Shown here: positions 47,586 to 56,836 of the stretch, one piece after another
Numbering within the stretch: the first letter of the stretch is position 1
Layout of the letters: every line of letters starts with the position of its first letter
Translations under genes and position numbers: made by a program
The notes under the pieces: model-generated
Databases searched by the model: none
What the model saw: the letters and a program-made list of their open reading frames with translations, nothing else
What the model was told of the DNA's origin: nothing
Assembly: GCA_044070495.1 (NCBI GenBank)
Contig: JBIPSI010000007.1
Location: forward strand, 96,001 to 160,000
DNA from: Spirulina sp.
GTDB taxonomy: Bacteria; Cyanobacteriota; Cyanobacteriia; Phormidesmidales; Phormidesmidaceae
Direction: 5' to 3'
DNA length: 64,000 nucleotides

Positions 47586-48145
47586 TCAATCCTCTGGGCT
47601 GTTGGCCCCTTCATTCGATTCTTGATCCAACACCTGCTGATACTCCTCAAGCTGCGCCAGGGCCAGGGCTATTGCTTGTCGGTGGTCGTCGGTGGGGTCG
47701 AGTTGATACCGGATTTGCGCCGCAAGGCATCGTACTTGGAGTCGATCTCGTCGAGTTTCTCGTTCACGCGCCTCTGCCTCTCTTTCCGCTGCTTCGCGAT
47801 CTCGTCGAGCCTCGCGTTCTCTTGCTTCAGCCTCGCGTTCTCTTGCTTCAGCCAGGCGGTTTGTTTCTCGTTCGCGAAGCGTGTCTTTAGACAATTTCGA
47901 CGGTTCCACTCAACGCCGAAATTAACCAATGTAGCCAGGAGGGCTGCCACGGTGAATCGGTTACTCCAGAGTCGGGGGTTGGCGATAAATCCGAGGAGGG
48001 GGAAATCTTGGACATCGTAGAACCGCAGAAAGGCAATGGCGAGGGTGAGCACGGCCAGGGTGGTGGCAGGCAGCAGCGATAGAAAATTCAGCCAAACTTG
48101 GGGGTTGAATAGTCCCATTTTAGCGGAGGTGTTTTGCTGCCCCAT
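47586..48145 (-). pseudogene. Membrane + coiled-coil protein gene frameshifted by a 23-nt insertion
   Basis: Two overlapping track ORFs join into ...FGVEWNRRN-RETNRLAEARE... when 47871-47893 is removed. Confidence 0.7.
47871..47893 (-). mobile_element. 23-nt double-hairpin micro-insertion
   Basis: TGTC-TAAA-GACA CGC-TTC-GCG AA, inserted immediately before a CG. Confidence 0.6.
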
Positions 48146-48242
48146 TGTACTCACCCCACAGAACCGCGTTTTGGGGCCTGGGTCGCCTGTAATGTGGATG
48201 GGGGCGTACCTAGAGGTTGGGGGACTACCGACCAAAGTTAGC

Positions 48243-48320
48243 GATCCCCCTAAATCCCCCTTAAAAAGGGGGACTTTGAAGCGGACTCAGACCCCCCTTT
48301 TTAAGGGGGGCAGGGGGGAT
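48243..48320. repeat. CCCCCTT/AAGGGGG double-hairpin dispersed repeat
   Basis: CCCTAAATCCCCCTTAAAAAGGGGGACTTTGAA...CCCCCCTTTTTAAGGGGGG. Confidence 0.75.
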
Positions 48321-48408
48321 ACCCCAACCGTGGCATATGCCCTCGTGGGTGGGCTAACCCAGAAACCGGGTTTTTCGTCATACTGTAGCGAGGCTCTAGA
48401 CTAGGGCT

Positions 48409-49398
48409 GTGACTACCGATCCTAGAAATAACGCTTCTGTGACTTCCGACTCCTTCGATTCCTTTGACCCGCTGAGTTTTAGCACCATCCCCACGCCGCC
48501 GGAGGGGTTCAAATCGGGCTTTGTGGGCATTGTGGGGCGGCCCAATGTGGGCAAATCGACCCTGATGAACGCCCTGGTGGGACAAAAGGTGGCGATTACC
48601 TCCCCCACGGCGCAAACCACCCGCAACCGTCTGCGGGGCATTCTGTCTAACGACCAGGCCCAAATTATTTTTGTGGACACCCCCGGCATCCACAAGCCCC
48701 ACCATGAGTTAGGCAAAATTCTGGTCAAAAACGCCCGCATGGCCATCGATGCCGTGGATGCCACCCTGTTTGTGGTGGATGGCAGCGTGGCGGCGGGCCG
48801 GGGAGATGAGTTTGTCGCTTCCCTACTGGCCCCCAGTGCGGTGCCCGTGATTTTGGGCCTCAATAAAATCGACCAGCAGCCCGCCGAAGAGGCCGAAGCC
48901 ATCGATGCCAGCTACCAGGCCATGGCCGATACCCACGGTTGGCCCCTGGTGAAGTTTTCCGCCCTCCACGAGCAGCAGCTCGATACCCTGCTGCAAACCC
49001 TGATCGAACGCCTCGACCCTGGCCCCTACTACTACCCCCCCGACCTGGTGACCGACCAGCCAGAGCGGTTCATCATGGGCGAACTGATCCGCGAACAAAT
49101 TCTGCTCCACACCCGCGAAGAGGTGCCCCACTCTGTCGCCATCGCCATCGACCGAGTGGAGGAGGACACCACCATCACCCGCATCCTCGCCACCATCCAC
49201 GTCGAGCGCGACTCCCAAAAGGGCATTTTGATTGGCAAGCGGGGCAGTATGCTGAAAACCATCGGCTCCGAGGCCCGCCAGCAAATCCAAAAGCTGGTGA
49301 TGGGACAGGTTTACCTAGAACTGTTCGTCAAAGTGGTGCCCAAGTGGCGACAATCCCGCAGCCGCCTGGAAGACTTTGGCTATCGCGTGGAGGAGTAG
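48409..49398 (+). CDS. era: GTPase Era
   Basis: GRPNVGKST, QTTR, DTPG, NKID, KH domain VERDSQKGILIG. Confidence 0.96.
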   Translation: MTTDPRNNASVTSDSFDSFDPLSFSTIPTPPEGFKSGFVGIVGRPNVGKSTLMNALVGQKVAITSPTAQTTRNRLRGILSNDQAQIIFVDTPGIHKPHHELGKILVKNARMAIDAVDATLFVVDGSVAAGRGDEFVASLLAPSAVPVILGLNKIDQQPAEEAEAIDASYQAMADTHGWPLVKFSALHEQQLDTLLQTLIERLDPGPYYYPPDLVTDQPERFIMGELIREQILLHTREEVPHSVAIAIDRVEEDTTITRILATIHVERDSQKGILIGKRGSMLKTIGSEARQQIQKLVMGQVYLELFVKVVPKWRQSRSRLEDFGYRVEE

Positions 49399-49401
49399 CC
49401 C

Positions 49402-50139
49402 ATGGTGCCCCCCGCCCCGCCGCCCCCGGCTCTGCTCACCCAGGTGGCGCGACTATTTCCAGAGGCGCTGTTCTATGCCCCCACCCAGCAGCGCCAGATT
49501 GCCCTCACCATCGACGACATCCCCACACCGGGCGACCAAGACGACGCCTCCACCCGCCTCATCCTCGCCGCCCTAGAGAGCTATAACCGCACCGCCAAAC
49601 ACCCTGTGCGGGCCACCTTTTTTGTGATTACTGACCACCTCAATCCGGGCAGCACCATCCTGACCGACATCCTGGCGGCGGGCCACGAAATCGCCAACCA
49701 CGGCACCACCGACACCACCCCAGCCATCCTCCAACCCGCCGAGTTTGAACGCCACTTCCGCGAAGCCCACGACCTGATCACCGACACCACCCAGCAGCCG
49801 ATCCGCTGGTACCGCCCTGGGCGCGGCTTCTATAACCGGGCCATGGTGGAACACCTGAAGCTCACTCCAGGCTACGAATCCCTCGTCGCCCTCGCCTCCA
49901 TGGTGCCCTTCGACACCTTCCAGCCCCTCAGCACCCCTACCCTCAACAAATGGTACCTATCGCGGTTCATCTTTCCGGGAGCGATTTTTGTCATGCACGG
50001 CGGGTCGATGGAACGCTGTCTGCAAACCGCCCAAGCCCTACCGCCCCTGCTCAAACTCATGGAACGCCAGGGCTACCAAGTCGGCACCCTCTCCGCCCTC
50101 TACGACAACCTCGTCGCCGAGTCGCCTCCATCCCAGTGA
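49402..50139 (+). CDS. Polysaccharide deacetylase family protein
   Basis: IALTIDD, ATFF, GHEIANH, WYRPG, GAIFVMH. Confidence 0.85.
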   Translation: MVPPAPPPPALLTQVARLFPEALFYAPTQQRQIALTIDDIPTPGDQDDASTRLILAALESYNRTAKHPVRATFFVITDHLNPGSTILTDILAAGHEIANHGTTDTTPAILQPAEFERHFREAHDLITDTTQQPIRWYRPGRGFYNRAMVEHLKLTPGYESLVALASMVPFDTFQPLSTPTLNKWYLSRFIFPGAIFVMHGGSMERCLQTAQALPPLLKLMERQGYQVGTLSALYDNLVAESPPSQ

Positions 50140-50201
50140 CGCAACATGGCTCAGTCTTCTGCCCCTAGCCCTGTCCTTAAAAGCATAGAAAAACTCAGTT
50201 A

Positions 50202-50381
50202 ACCTGAGTTCGGGATAAAACAAACGCTGCAATCTTGGGAAACCTGCTTCCAGCTTGCACCTCAGCCCTCACCCTAAATCCCTCTCCCTACGGGAGAGGG
50301 ACTTTGAACCTTCTAGCTCCCCTCTCCTCCCTGGGAGAGGGGCTGGGGGTGAGGGCCACTATGTTTAACCCGAACTGAGGT
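50202..50381. mobile_element. 180-bp MITE (family E), TA-flanked, with CCCTCTCCC hairpin cargo
   Basis: TIR ACCTGAGTTCGGGATAAA / TTTAACCCGAACTGAGGT with TA on both sides. Confidence 0.7.
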
Positions 50382-50480
50382 TAAGTTAACTATTAATGTT
50401 TCGTTAGATATGGCTATTTTTGGAGGCAGGTAGCGGTTGAATGAGACTAACCACCTACGCCATTCCCATGGGCTATCTCT

Positions 50481-51638
50481 ATGAAACCTAAATTGCTGCT
50501 GATGGCCATGGTGTTGCTGCTGACAGCGTGCGATGGCTTAGAGGCAAGGCAAGGGGCAGATTCCCCTGTTGCAGAGGCAGGAGAGAAGGGTACCCTCTCA
50601 ACGCCCGAATCTAGCGGCCACAGTGCGATCCGCAACGATCCGGAGTCTACCCAGATCGATCAGTGGATGGCGCAGGATGAACCTGGCCCCGGCGGGGTGG
50701 TGATGGTGGTTCAGTCTGGCGAGATTGTTCATCAACAGGGCTATGGGCTGGCCGATGTGGATCAGGGCATTCCCATCACCCCAGAGACCCGGTTCCATCT
50801 CGGCTCCGTGGGTAAGCAGTTTACCGCCATGGGCGTGTTGATGCTGGTGGATCAAGGACAAGTGGCCTTGGATGACCCGATCAGCGCCCACATTCCTGAG
50901 TTGGATTGGATGGATGAGGGGGTGACGGTGCGCCGCCTGCTGCACCATACCTCTGGCGTGATGGGATACGACGATAGCGACGACATCTATGATGCGCTGC
51001 TGAACTCGTCTTCCACCCCTGGCAACGAGGATGTGGTGACGGCCATCTCGCAATTCCAAGAGATGTTGTTTGATCCGGGCGAGGAGTTCCATTACAGCAA
51101 CACGGGCTACGACCTGCTAGGCCTGCTGATTGAGCGTATCTCCGGCCAAACCTATGGCCAATTTATGGAGGACTCCATCTTTGCGCCCCTAGGCATGAGA
51201 AATACCTTTGCCCTGCCCAGCGACGAGCGTTTTGGCCCATCGGTGGCCCAGAGCTATGACGCAGATGGCCCCTACGAACCGGATATTTTGGACAACGTGA
51301 ATGGCTCCGGCAGCCTCTATTCCACCCTGGGCGACCTGTATCTATACAATCAGGCCTGGTCTACCGAAACCCTAGTGAGTCAGGACTTGCTGGCGGAGAT
51401 GGTGACGTCAGGAACCCTGCGCAATGGCGAGGAAACCGACTATGGCTTTGGGGTTGAGGTCTATACCTACGGTGACTATGACTATGTGGCCCATCAAGGG
51501 GCTTGGCTGGGTTTTGACAGCTACTATCTACGTTTTCCTGAGGAAAGCCTGACTATCGTGGTGCTGCTCAACCTAGACTATGCCGAGCAGGATGCGGAAA
51601 CGATGGCGTTTGCGATTGCCGATTTGTATTTACCCTAA
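50481..51638 (+). CDS. Beta-lactamase-family serine hydrolase lipoprotein
   Basis: LLLTAC lipobox, SVGK (SxxK), LLHHTSG, YSN, HQG. Confidence 0.88.
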   Translation: MKPKLLLMAMVLLLTACDGLEARQGADSPVAEAGEKGTLSTPESSGHSAIRNDPESTQIDQWMAQDEPGPGGVVMVVQSGEIVHQQGYGLADVDQGIPITPETRFHLGSVGKQFTAMGVLMLVDQGQVALDDPISAHIPELDWMDEGVTVRRLLHHTSGVMGYDDSDDIYDALLNSSSTPGNEDVVTAISQFQEMLFDPGEEFHYSNTGYDLLGLLIERISGQTYGQFMEDSIFAPLGMRNTFALPSDERFGPSVAQSYDADGPYEPDILDNVNGSGSLYSTLGDLYLYNQAWSTETLVSQDLLAEMVTSGTLRNGEETDYGFGVEVYTYGDYDYVAHQGAWLGFDSYYLRFPEESLTIVVLLNLDYAEQDAETMAFAIADLYLP

Positions 51639-51699
51639 GAGGATACAGCCGCTCCAGCCTCGACTTCGGGGGCAGCGCCTCCTTACCCAGGGGAGCAGG

Positions 51700-52107
51700 T
51701 TAGTCGCCCTGGGTGGGGGATTCGCGCATAGTGACCGTCCCCGTATCCACGGCTTGGCCATCGCGGGAGAGGGTGCAGGTATCGCTACCGTTGGGGATAA
51801 ACAACTCCCACTGATTCTCGCCCAGAACATTGCTGTAGGTGTGGCCTTCGGGGTTGGGTTCTCGCTTTACCTCGGTGTTGAGAAAGACGACACGATCTGC
51901 GCGGTAATAGAGCCGCATAGTGAGCGGGCTACCCGATTCAGGATCGCCGGGATAGTAGATGTTAATGGCGTAGGCATCACCGTCGCAGTAGGCAATGCTG
52001 AAATCGGCCTGGGCAGGGCGTTCTATTAGGCTCAGGCTAGCCAAGGTGCCAGCGGCCACGGCAATGCCTAGGGAAACAGGTTTTAACCAAGATTTGAGGG
52101 ACAGCAT
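51700..52107 (-). CDS. Hypothetical secreted protein
   Basis: Signal peptide ending PAQA; GGAG RBS. Confidence 0.65.
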   Translation of the reverse strand: MLSLKSWLKPVSLGIAVAAGTLASLSLIERPAQADFSIAYCDGDAYAINIYYPGDPESGSPLTMRLYYRADRVVFLNTEVKREPNPEGHTYSNVLGENQWELFIPNGSDTCTLSRDGQAVDTGTVTMRESPTQGD

Positions 52108-52125
52108 ATCATCTCCAAAATAATA

Positions 52126-52274
52126 TATAGCGGTTCTCGGTTCAGTGAGGTACAGCTTTTGGGGCTTCAGATCCCCCCAGGTTCTATCTGTAGTCGGTTC
52201 ATCTTGTACCCCCCTTATTAAGGGGGGATGGGGGGATCTTCACGGTGCACCTCATTCTAGGGAAATTCGCTATA
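52126..52274. mobile_element. Degenerate TA-flanked MITE (family F) with CCCCCCTT/AAGGGGGG cargo
   Basis: TATAGCGGTTCTC...GGAAATTCGCTATA imperfect TIRs. Confidence 0.5.
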
Positions 52275-52499
52275 GATGTTTCAAATGTGAGCATTAAACC
52301 AGATCCCAGGGGTCTAGTTCTAATCAGGCACGTCTTGAGAGAAACCCCACGGCAAACTCCTGGGATCTTTGGTAACCACGGACTTGACCCTTAAGGGCAC
52401 ATGAACCGACCGTTAATGGTGTTGAAAATCGCACCACCGAGGATGCCCTTTCGCCGTCCGTAGGGGTGGCTGGCTGCGATTACAGGTGAATGCTGGGCA

Positions 52500-52757
52500 G
52501 TGTCCACCCTACTTGAGGAAAAACTTGATTTCGATGACTCCTTTGAAAGCTTACTAGATCGATTAGCCGTAATGAAGGTCGATTTTATCCCGATTAACAT
52601 TGCTCATCTAGAAGCCTATATCAACTTACCTGTTCTGTCCGATCACCGAGATCCCTTTGATAGAATTCTGATTTCTCAAGCGACGAGACATAATCTAAAT
52701 TTAGTGAGTGCAGATACAGCCTTTGATGCCTATCCTATTCGGCGGGTATGGGAATGA
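52500..52757 (+). pseudogene. 5'-truncated PIN-domain (VapC) toxin
   Basis: C-terminal HRDPFDRILISQA...LVSAD..F..Y; N-terminal LLDT motif absent; a REP-like GTAGGGGTGG...CCACCCTAC sits at the break. Confidence 0.7.
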
Positions 52758-52919
52758 GTAACGTAGGGTAGATTCGCAAAGTAATGCACCAATCTTACCC
52801 AGCAGGACATTCGCTGGAGGTGGGTGGTGCATGGCGGCAAAATTGGTGCTTGCCACATGGGCAAAAAAAGTTGGTGCCGCGAATGTACCCTACAGTTTTG
52901 GGGGGGTTCCACGGCGATT

Positions 52920-53948
52920 TCAACAAATGCGAGGCAGTTGATCGCCCACCAGACGATCCAAAATGCGATCACTACCAAAGGCAGTTTTGAGCAGCACAAA
53001 CCCCACGGGGTCAGCCACTACTTCACCGATGATGTGGCTATCGGTTCCGGCGGGGTGGGCACGCATGGCGGCAAGAACGGCCTGGGCCTGATCCGGGGGC
53101 ACAACGACGACAAGTTTGCCTTCGTTGGCGAGGTACAGCGGGTCAAGACCCAGTAGTTCGCAAAGTCCCTGAACGGCGGGCCGCACGGGCAGGGCGCTTT
53201 CCTGCAAACGAAGGCCCACCTGGGAGCTAACGGCAAATTCATTCAAGACTGTAGCCAGCCCGCCGCGAGTGGCATCGCGCATGGCCCGCACCTGGGGGCA
53301 GACCTTCAGAATCTCGGAGACCAGACCATTCAGGGGTTGGCAGTCGCTTTCGATGGGGCTTTCTAGGGCTAGATCCGCCCGCGCTACGGTAATCGCTGCC
53401 CCGTGGTCGCCTAGGAACCCATTCACCAGCACGATGTCCCCCGGCTGTAGCCGATCCGCTGAGGGAGCAATTCCCTCCGGCACCCGCCCCACCCCAGCGG
53501 TGTTGATAAACAGCTTGTCGGCGCTGCCCCTGGGCACCACCTTAGTGTCTCCGGTAACGATCTTCACCCCCGCCGCCGCCGCCGCCTGGGCCATACTTTC
53601 CACCACCCGCCGCAGGGTGTCTATAGGCAACCCTTCTTCCAGAATGAAACCACAGGTGAGGTAGAGGGGGGTTGCGCCTCCCACGGCCAGGTCGTTGACG
53701 GTGCCGTTGACGGCCAAGGCTCCAATGTCGCTGCCGGGGAAAAAGAGCGGATCCACCACGTAGGAATCTGTGGTTAAGGCCAGCCGTCCCCCCGGCCAAT
53801 CCATCACCGCCTGGTCGTTCAGGGGAGCTAGCAGAGCATTGTCAAACCGCCGCACAAACACCTCGGCCACCAAATCGGCCATGGCCTTGCCGCCGCTGCC
53901 GTGGGCCAGGGTAATGCAAGTTTCCCGCTGTGTTTTTGCCAAACCCAT
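52920..53948 (-). CDS. hypE: Hydrogenase maturation carbamoyl dehydratase HypE
   Basis: ITLAHGSGG, TTDSYVVDPLFFPG, MRDATRGG, ANEG, terminal PRIC. Confidence 0.96.
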   Translation of the reverse strand: MGLAKTQRETCITLAHGSGGKAMADLVAEVFVRRFDNALLAPLNDQAVMDWPGGRLALTTDSYVVDPLFFPGSDIGALAVNGTVNDLAVGGATPLYLTCGFILEEGLPIDTLRRVVESMAQAAAAAGVKIVTGDTKVVPRGSADKLFINTAGVGRVPEGIAPSADRLQPGDIVLVNGFLGDHGAAITVARADLALESPIESDCQPLNGLVSEILKVCPQVRAMRDATRGGLATVLNEFAVSSQVGLRLQESALPVRPAVQGLCELLGLDPLYLANEGKLVVVVPPDQAQAVLAAMRAHPAGTDSHIIGEVVADPVGFVLLKTAFGSDRILDRLVGDQLPRIC

Positions 53949-54161
53949 CTAGCCCCAATCCGTACGACGTAAGTTTTAGCATGGCAAGCTGTTTGCCGCT
54001 ATCGGCCAATTCCTGGGCGTTTCTTAAGATTTTTCGGCCCCTTGCCGGTCTGGCAAACGCACGGCGGTGTTCCCCTACCCGCAATTGAATCCCTTGGGCG
54101 CATGGCGATGCGCCCCTACGGCATGGGGGATAATGCTGGTGTCTGTGTTTGCCCTTGGTTT

Positions 54162-54707
54162 ATGAACCTACCCACCTGGATTACCGTGTCGCGCCTGCTG
54201 GGGGTGCCGTTGATTTTGATGTTGCTCATCCAGCCCACCCCCTACGAACGGTGGATTGCGGCGGGGATTTTTTTGCTGGCGGCGGGAACAGACTGGCTGG
54301 ATGGCTACCTAGCCCGCAAGCTGGATCAGGTGACGGAGTTGGGGAAATTTCTCGACCCGCTGGTAGATAAGCTGCTGGTATTGGCTCCGCTGCTGGTGTT
54401 GGTGGAACTCAATCAGGTGCCCGCCTGGGGGGTGTTTTTAATTGTGGCCCGCGAAATCACCATTGCCGGATGGCGGGTAAATCCAGCAATGCAGAGCGGT
54501 GGGGTGCCGGGGGCCAACCTCTGGGGCAAAGCCAAAACCGTGGTGCAGATTGCCGCAATTACGGCCCTAATTGCGCCCCTACCGGAGGCGTTTGTGCTGC
54601 CGAGCCAGATCCTCTTTTGGCTAGCGGTGGCCCTCACCTTGGTGTCGGGTCTGTTATATCTACTGCCTGCCCTGCGTGCTCCCAACGATGGCCTAGACAC
54701 GCCGTGA
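54162..54707 (+). CDS. pgsA: CDP-diacylglycerol--glycerol-3-phosphate 3-phosphatidyltransferase
   Basis: MNLPTWITVSR, TDWLDGYLAR...GKFLDPLVDK, GKAKT. Confidence 0.94.
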   Translation: MNLPTWITVSRLLGVPLILMLLIQPTPYERWIAAGIFLLAAGTDWLDGYLARKLDQVTELGKFLDPLVDKLLVLAPLLVLVELNQVPAWGVFLIVAREITIAGWRVNPAMQSGGVPGANLWGKAKTVVQIAAITALIAPLPEAFVLPSQILFWLAVALTLVSGLLYLLPALRAPNDGLDTP

Positions 54708-54736
54708 TCTTTGTAGGCAGGTACCCTTTCATCTAA

Positions 54737-54858
54737 GAGGGCGTTTTGCTTCAGGTGCGGTTGGTCGCTAGATCGGTGCAAATCTACGGGATTTTTGACG
54801 ACTGAGGCTGACCTCATCGGTATAACTTGGGACACGCTTCAGCCTTTCAAACATCCTC
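54737..54858. mobile_element. MITE family D copy (inverted)
   Basis: Reverse complement of 38622-38752 with a small deletion; TAA/TAA flanks. Confidence 0.8.
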
Positions 54859-54973
54859 TAAACGGGCTTTGGCTCCGACATTCCGCAGGTTGACCAATAA
54901 TTTTCGACTTTTATTGGTATAACAGCCAAACAAATTTTTAGCTGGTTAAAAATGAAAGCAGAGTGAATAATCG

Positions 54974-55103
54974 CTGGTTGACTGACAAAACTTGCGAGAA
55001 CCCAGATCCGCCAAGAGGTCAGGAGACCTGACCCCTACATTATCCAAATCTTGTAGGGGCGCGGTTTCCGCGTCCGACGCAGGATCTTTTGTCAGTCAAC
55101 CAG
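54974..55103. mobile_element. 130-bp MITE family B copy (inverted relative to 19090)
   Basis: Same TIRs and interior; perfect 9-bp TSD GAATAATCG. Confidence 0.9.
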
Positions 55104-55136
55104 GAATAATCGTGTTTCGAGAATCCCATCCTACTG

Positions 55137-55319
55137 ATGAAAATTAATATAGAAATTGACGAATCTCTCATGGCCGATGCCCTGCAAGCCACTGGCCTAA
55201 CCGCAACCGATCAGGTCATTGAGCTAGCCCTAACCCTACTCATTCAAATGAAGCGCCAAGAAGACATCAGAGCTTTTCGTGGCAAGCTCTTCTGGGATGG
55301 CGGTCTGACAGCAGGCTAG
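55137..55319 (+). CDS. VapB-type (DUF2191-like) antitoxin, orphan
   Basis: MKINIEIDESLMADALQATGL...VIELAL..L...FRGKL.W; no toxin downstream. Confidence 0.7.
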   Translation: MKINIEIDESLMADALQATGLTATDQVIELALTLLIQMKRQEDIRAFRGKLFWDGGLTAG

Positions 55320-55379
55320 TACATTGGGTGGGGCAAAGACCCAGTGCTACAGTAATGCAAGCCTTTGATCGACACCGCC

Positions 55380-56783
55380 ATGGCATTTTCCATTGATGAC
55401 GCGACAGCCCGTTTAGATGAACTTTGCGCCACCTGGGGCAAGCGGGTAGATTATCTGGCGATTCGCCTCGAACAGTCGGAGGGTACGGATATCTTTTTGC
55501 GGGGCGGCACCATCGAAACCCTGAGCGAGGGCATGGCCATCGGGGGCCATGTTCGGGCCTGCTACAAGGGCGGTTGGGGCTTTGCCAGCTTTAATGATTT
55601 AGCCGAATTGGCCACCCAGGTGGAGGAAGCGGTGGCGGCGGCGCGACTGGTGGGGCAAGACGAAACCCTGCTGGCTCCCATTGATCCGGTGCAGGTGGTG
55701 CAGCGCCTCCCCCTCGCGGGCACCGACCCGCGCCATATTCCCCTAGTTCACAAGAAAGATCTCTGCCGTCACTATGCGGATCTGCTGCAAAGCATTGACG
55801 ACCGCATCACCACCTCCTCCGTGCGCTATAGCGACACCACTCAGCGCGTGCTGCTGGTCACCTCCGAGGGTAGCCACATTGATCAGTCTTGGTCGGATAT
55901 GGAGATGCGCTTTGCCGCCACCGCCCGCGATGCCGACAGGGTGCAGACAGGGCGAGAAACCACGGGTTCCCGCCGCGCCTACGAGGATCTAGAGGGGTTG
56001 GATCAACAGGTGATGGACTCCGCCCGGCGTGCGATTGCCGCCCTGGATCTGCCCACCGTGCGCGGATCCGCCTACGAAGTAGTGATCGACCCGATTTTGA
56101 CCGGGCTGTTTGTCCACGAAGCCTTTGGCCACCTCTCCGAGGCCGACATGGCCTACGAAAACCCTGACCTCCTGGAGGCCATGAGCATGGGCCGCCGCTT
56201 TGGCCCAGAGGCGCTGCAAATCTTTGATGGGGCCGCTCCCCAGGGCCATCGAGGCAGCTATTTCTACGACGACGAAGGCACCCCCGCCACCACCACCCAA
56301 CTGATCCAAGATGGCGTGCTGGTGGGGCGGCTGCATTCCCGCGAAACCGCAGGCAAGCTAGGGGAAGCTCCTACCGGAAACGCCCGCTGCCTGAACTACC
56401 ACTACTCACCCCTAGTGCGGATGACCAACACCTGGATTGAGCGCGGCACCACCCCCGTCAACGATCTCTTTGCCGACATCAAGGAAGGGGTCTACGCCCG
56501 CAACTGGCTGGAGGGCATGACCAACGGCGAAATGTTCACCTTCACCGCCGGAGAAGCCTGGATGATTCGCAACGGCGAACTGGCGGAACCCGTGCGGGAT
56601 GTCACCCTGTCGGGCAACGTGTTTCGCACCCTGGCCGACATTGTGGCCATCGGCGACGATTTCTACTGGGACGAGTCGGGCGGCTGCGGCAAGGGAGGCC
56701 AAAACGGCTTGCCTGTAGGCTGCGGTGGCCCCAGTCTGCGGATTAAAAACGTCGTTGTGGGCGGCGAAGCTGAAGATTGGTAG
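55380..56783 (+). CDS. tldD: TldD family metalloprotease
   Basis: HEAFGHLSE (HExxGH), YDDEG, GNAR, RMTNT, GCGKGGQ. Confidence 0.9.
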   Translation: MAFSIDDATARLDELCATWGKRVDYLAIRLEQSEGTDIFLRGGTIETLSEGMAIGGHVRACYKGGWGFASFNDLAELATQVEEAVAAARLVGQDETLLAPIDPVQVVQRLPLAGTDPRHIPLVHKKDLCRHYADLLQSIDDRITTSSVRYSDTTQRVLLVTSEGSHIDQSWSDMEMRFAATARDADRVQTGRETTGSRRAYEDLEGLDQQVMDSARRAIAALDLPTVRGSAYEVVIDPILTGLFVHEAFGHLSEADMAYENPDLLEAMSMGRRFGPEALQIFDGAAPQGHRGSYFYDDEGTPATTTQLIQDGVLVGRLHSRETAGKLGEAPTGNARCLNYHYSPLVRMTNTWIERGTTPVNDLFADIKEGVYARNWLEGMTNGEMFTFTAGEAWMIRNGELAEPVRDVTLSGNVFRTLADIVAIGDDFYWDESGGCGKGGQNGLPVGCGGPSLRIKNVVVGGEAEDW

Positions 56784-56790
56784 GCACCCA

Positions 56791-56821
56791 GCCCCCCGGT
56801 TTCTTCAAGAAACCGGGGGGC
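56791..56821. terminator. Perfect hairpin between convergent tldD and the deaminase gene
   Basis: GCCCCCCGGTTTCTT-C-AAGAAACCGGGGGGC; same core as the 6738 repeats. Confidence 0.6.
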
Positions 56822-56836
56822 TCTCTAACGAGTGAC

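Noticed and set aside
34742..53948. Special hydrogenase cluster, or a link between hyp genes and the NHase island
   Set aside because: Scattered hyp genes are normal in cyanobacteria, no hydrogenase structural genes are here, and nothing ties them to the island.
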